DNA of 64,000 nucleotides, from the IMG/VR virus record IMGVR_UViG_3300042384_001469. One strand, given 5' to 3'. Shown here one piece after another: positions 64,000 through 64,000 of the stretch. The position numbers were made by a program, and so were the translations under genes. Origin of the DNA: an uncultured virus (IMG/VR IMGVR_UViG_3300042384_001469). Taxonomy: Duplodnaviria > Heunggongvirae > Uroviricota > Caudoviricetes. The notes under the pieces were generated by a model. It was not told where the DNA came from, made no database searches, and saw only the letters and a program-made list of their open reading frames with translations. The stretch's first letter is position 1. Each line of letters starts with the position of its first letter.

Positions 64000-64000
64000 A

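Noticed and set aside
1..64000. Stop-codon reassignment as in some jumbo phages
   Set aside because: Code 11 gives dense, full-length genes with TAA, TAG and TGA all used as stops

Overview
AT-rich (about 30% GC by eye), densely coding fragment of a large tailed dsDNA (jumbo-type) phage genome using the standard code. The host is probably Bacteroidota: TAnnTTTG promoters, a short Bacteroidota-type sigma70, an Hc1-like histone protein, SprB-like repeats and a Q-rule signal peptide all point that way. The left end holds the 5' part of a structured minus-strand RNA behind an rRNA-operon-like leader (tandem promoters, hairpin, boxA). The window encodes a Nudix hydrolase, a ferritin-like protein, two orphan DNA methyltransferases, thioredoxin/glutaredoxin, DnaJ, a probable lysis trio, sigma factor, SbcC/SbcD-like nucleases, a PD-(D/E)XK nuclease, primase and a RuvC-like resolvase. 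A large tail/baseplate region is rich in Pro/Thr mucin-like, SprB-like, LRR and Cys-rich beta-helical proteins. The main candidate new system is a twice-repeated cassette of giant fibre gene plus sulfotransferase plus GT-B (GT9-like) enzyme. One copy adds a PAPS-supply module (APS kinase, a minimal HxGH nucleotidyltransferase, DUF2061); the other adds a SET methyltransferase. This suggests phage-encoded glycosylation/sulfation of virion fibres. GATC appears to be strongly avoided. All family calls are from motif recognition by eye, with no database searches.
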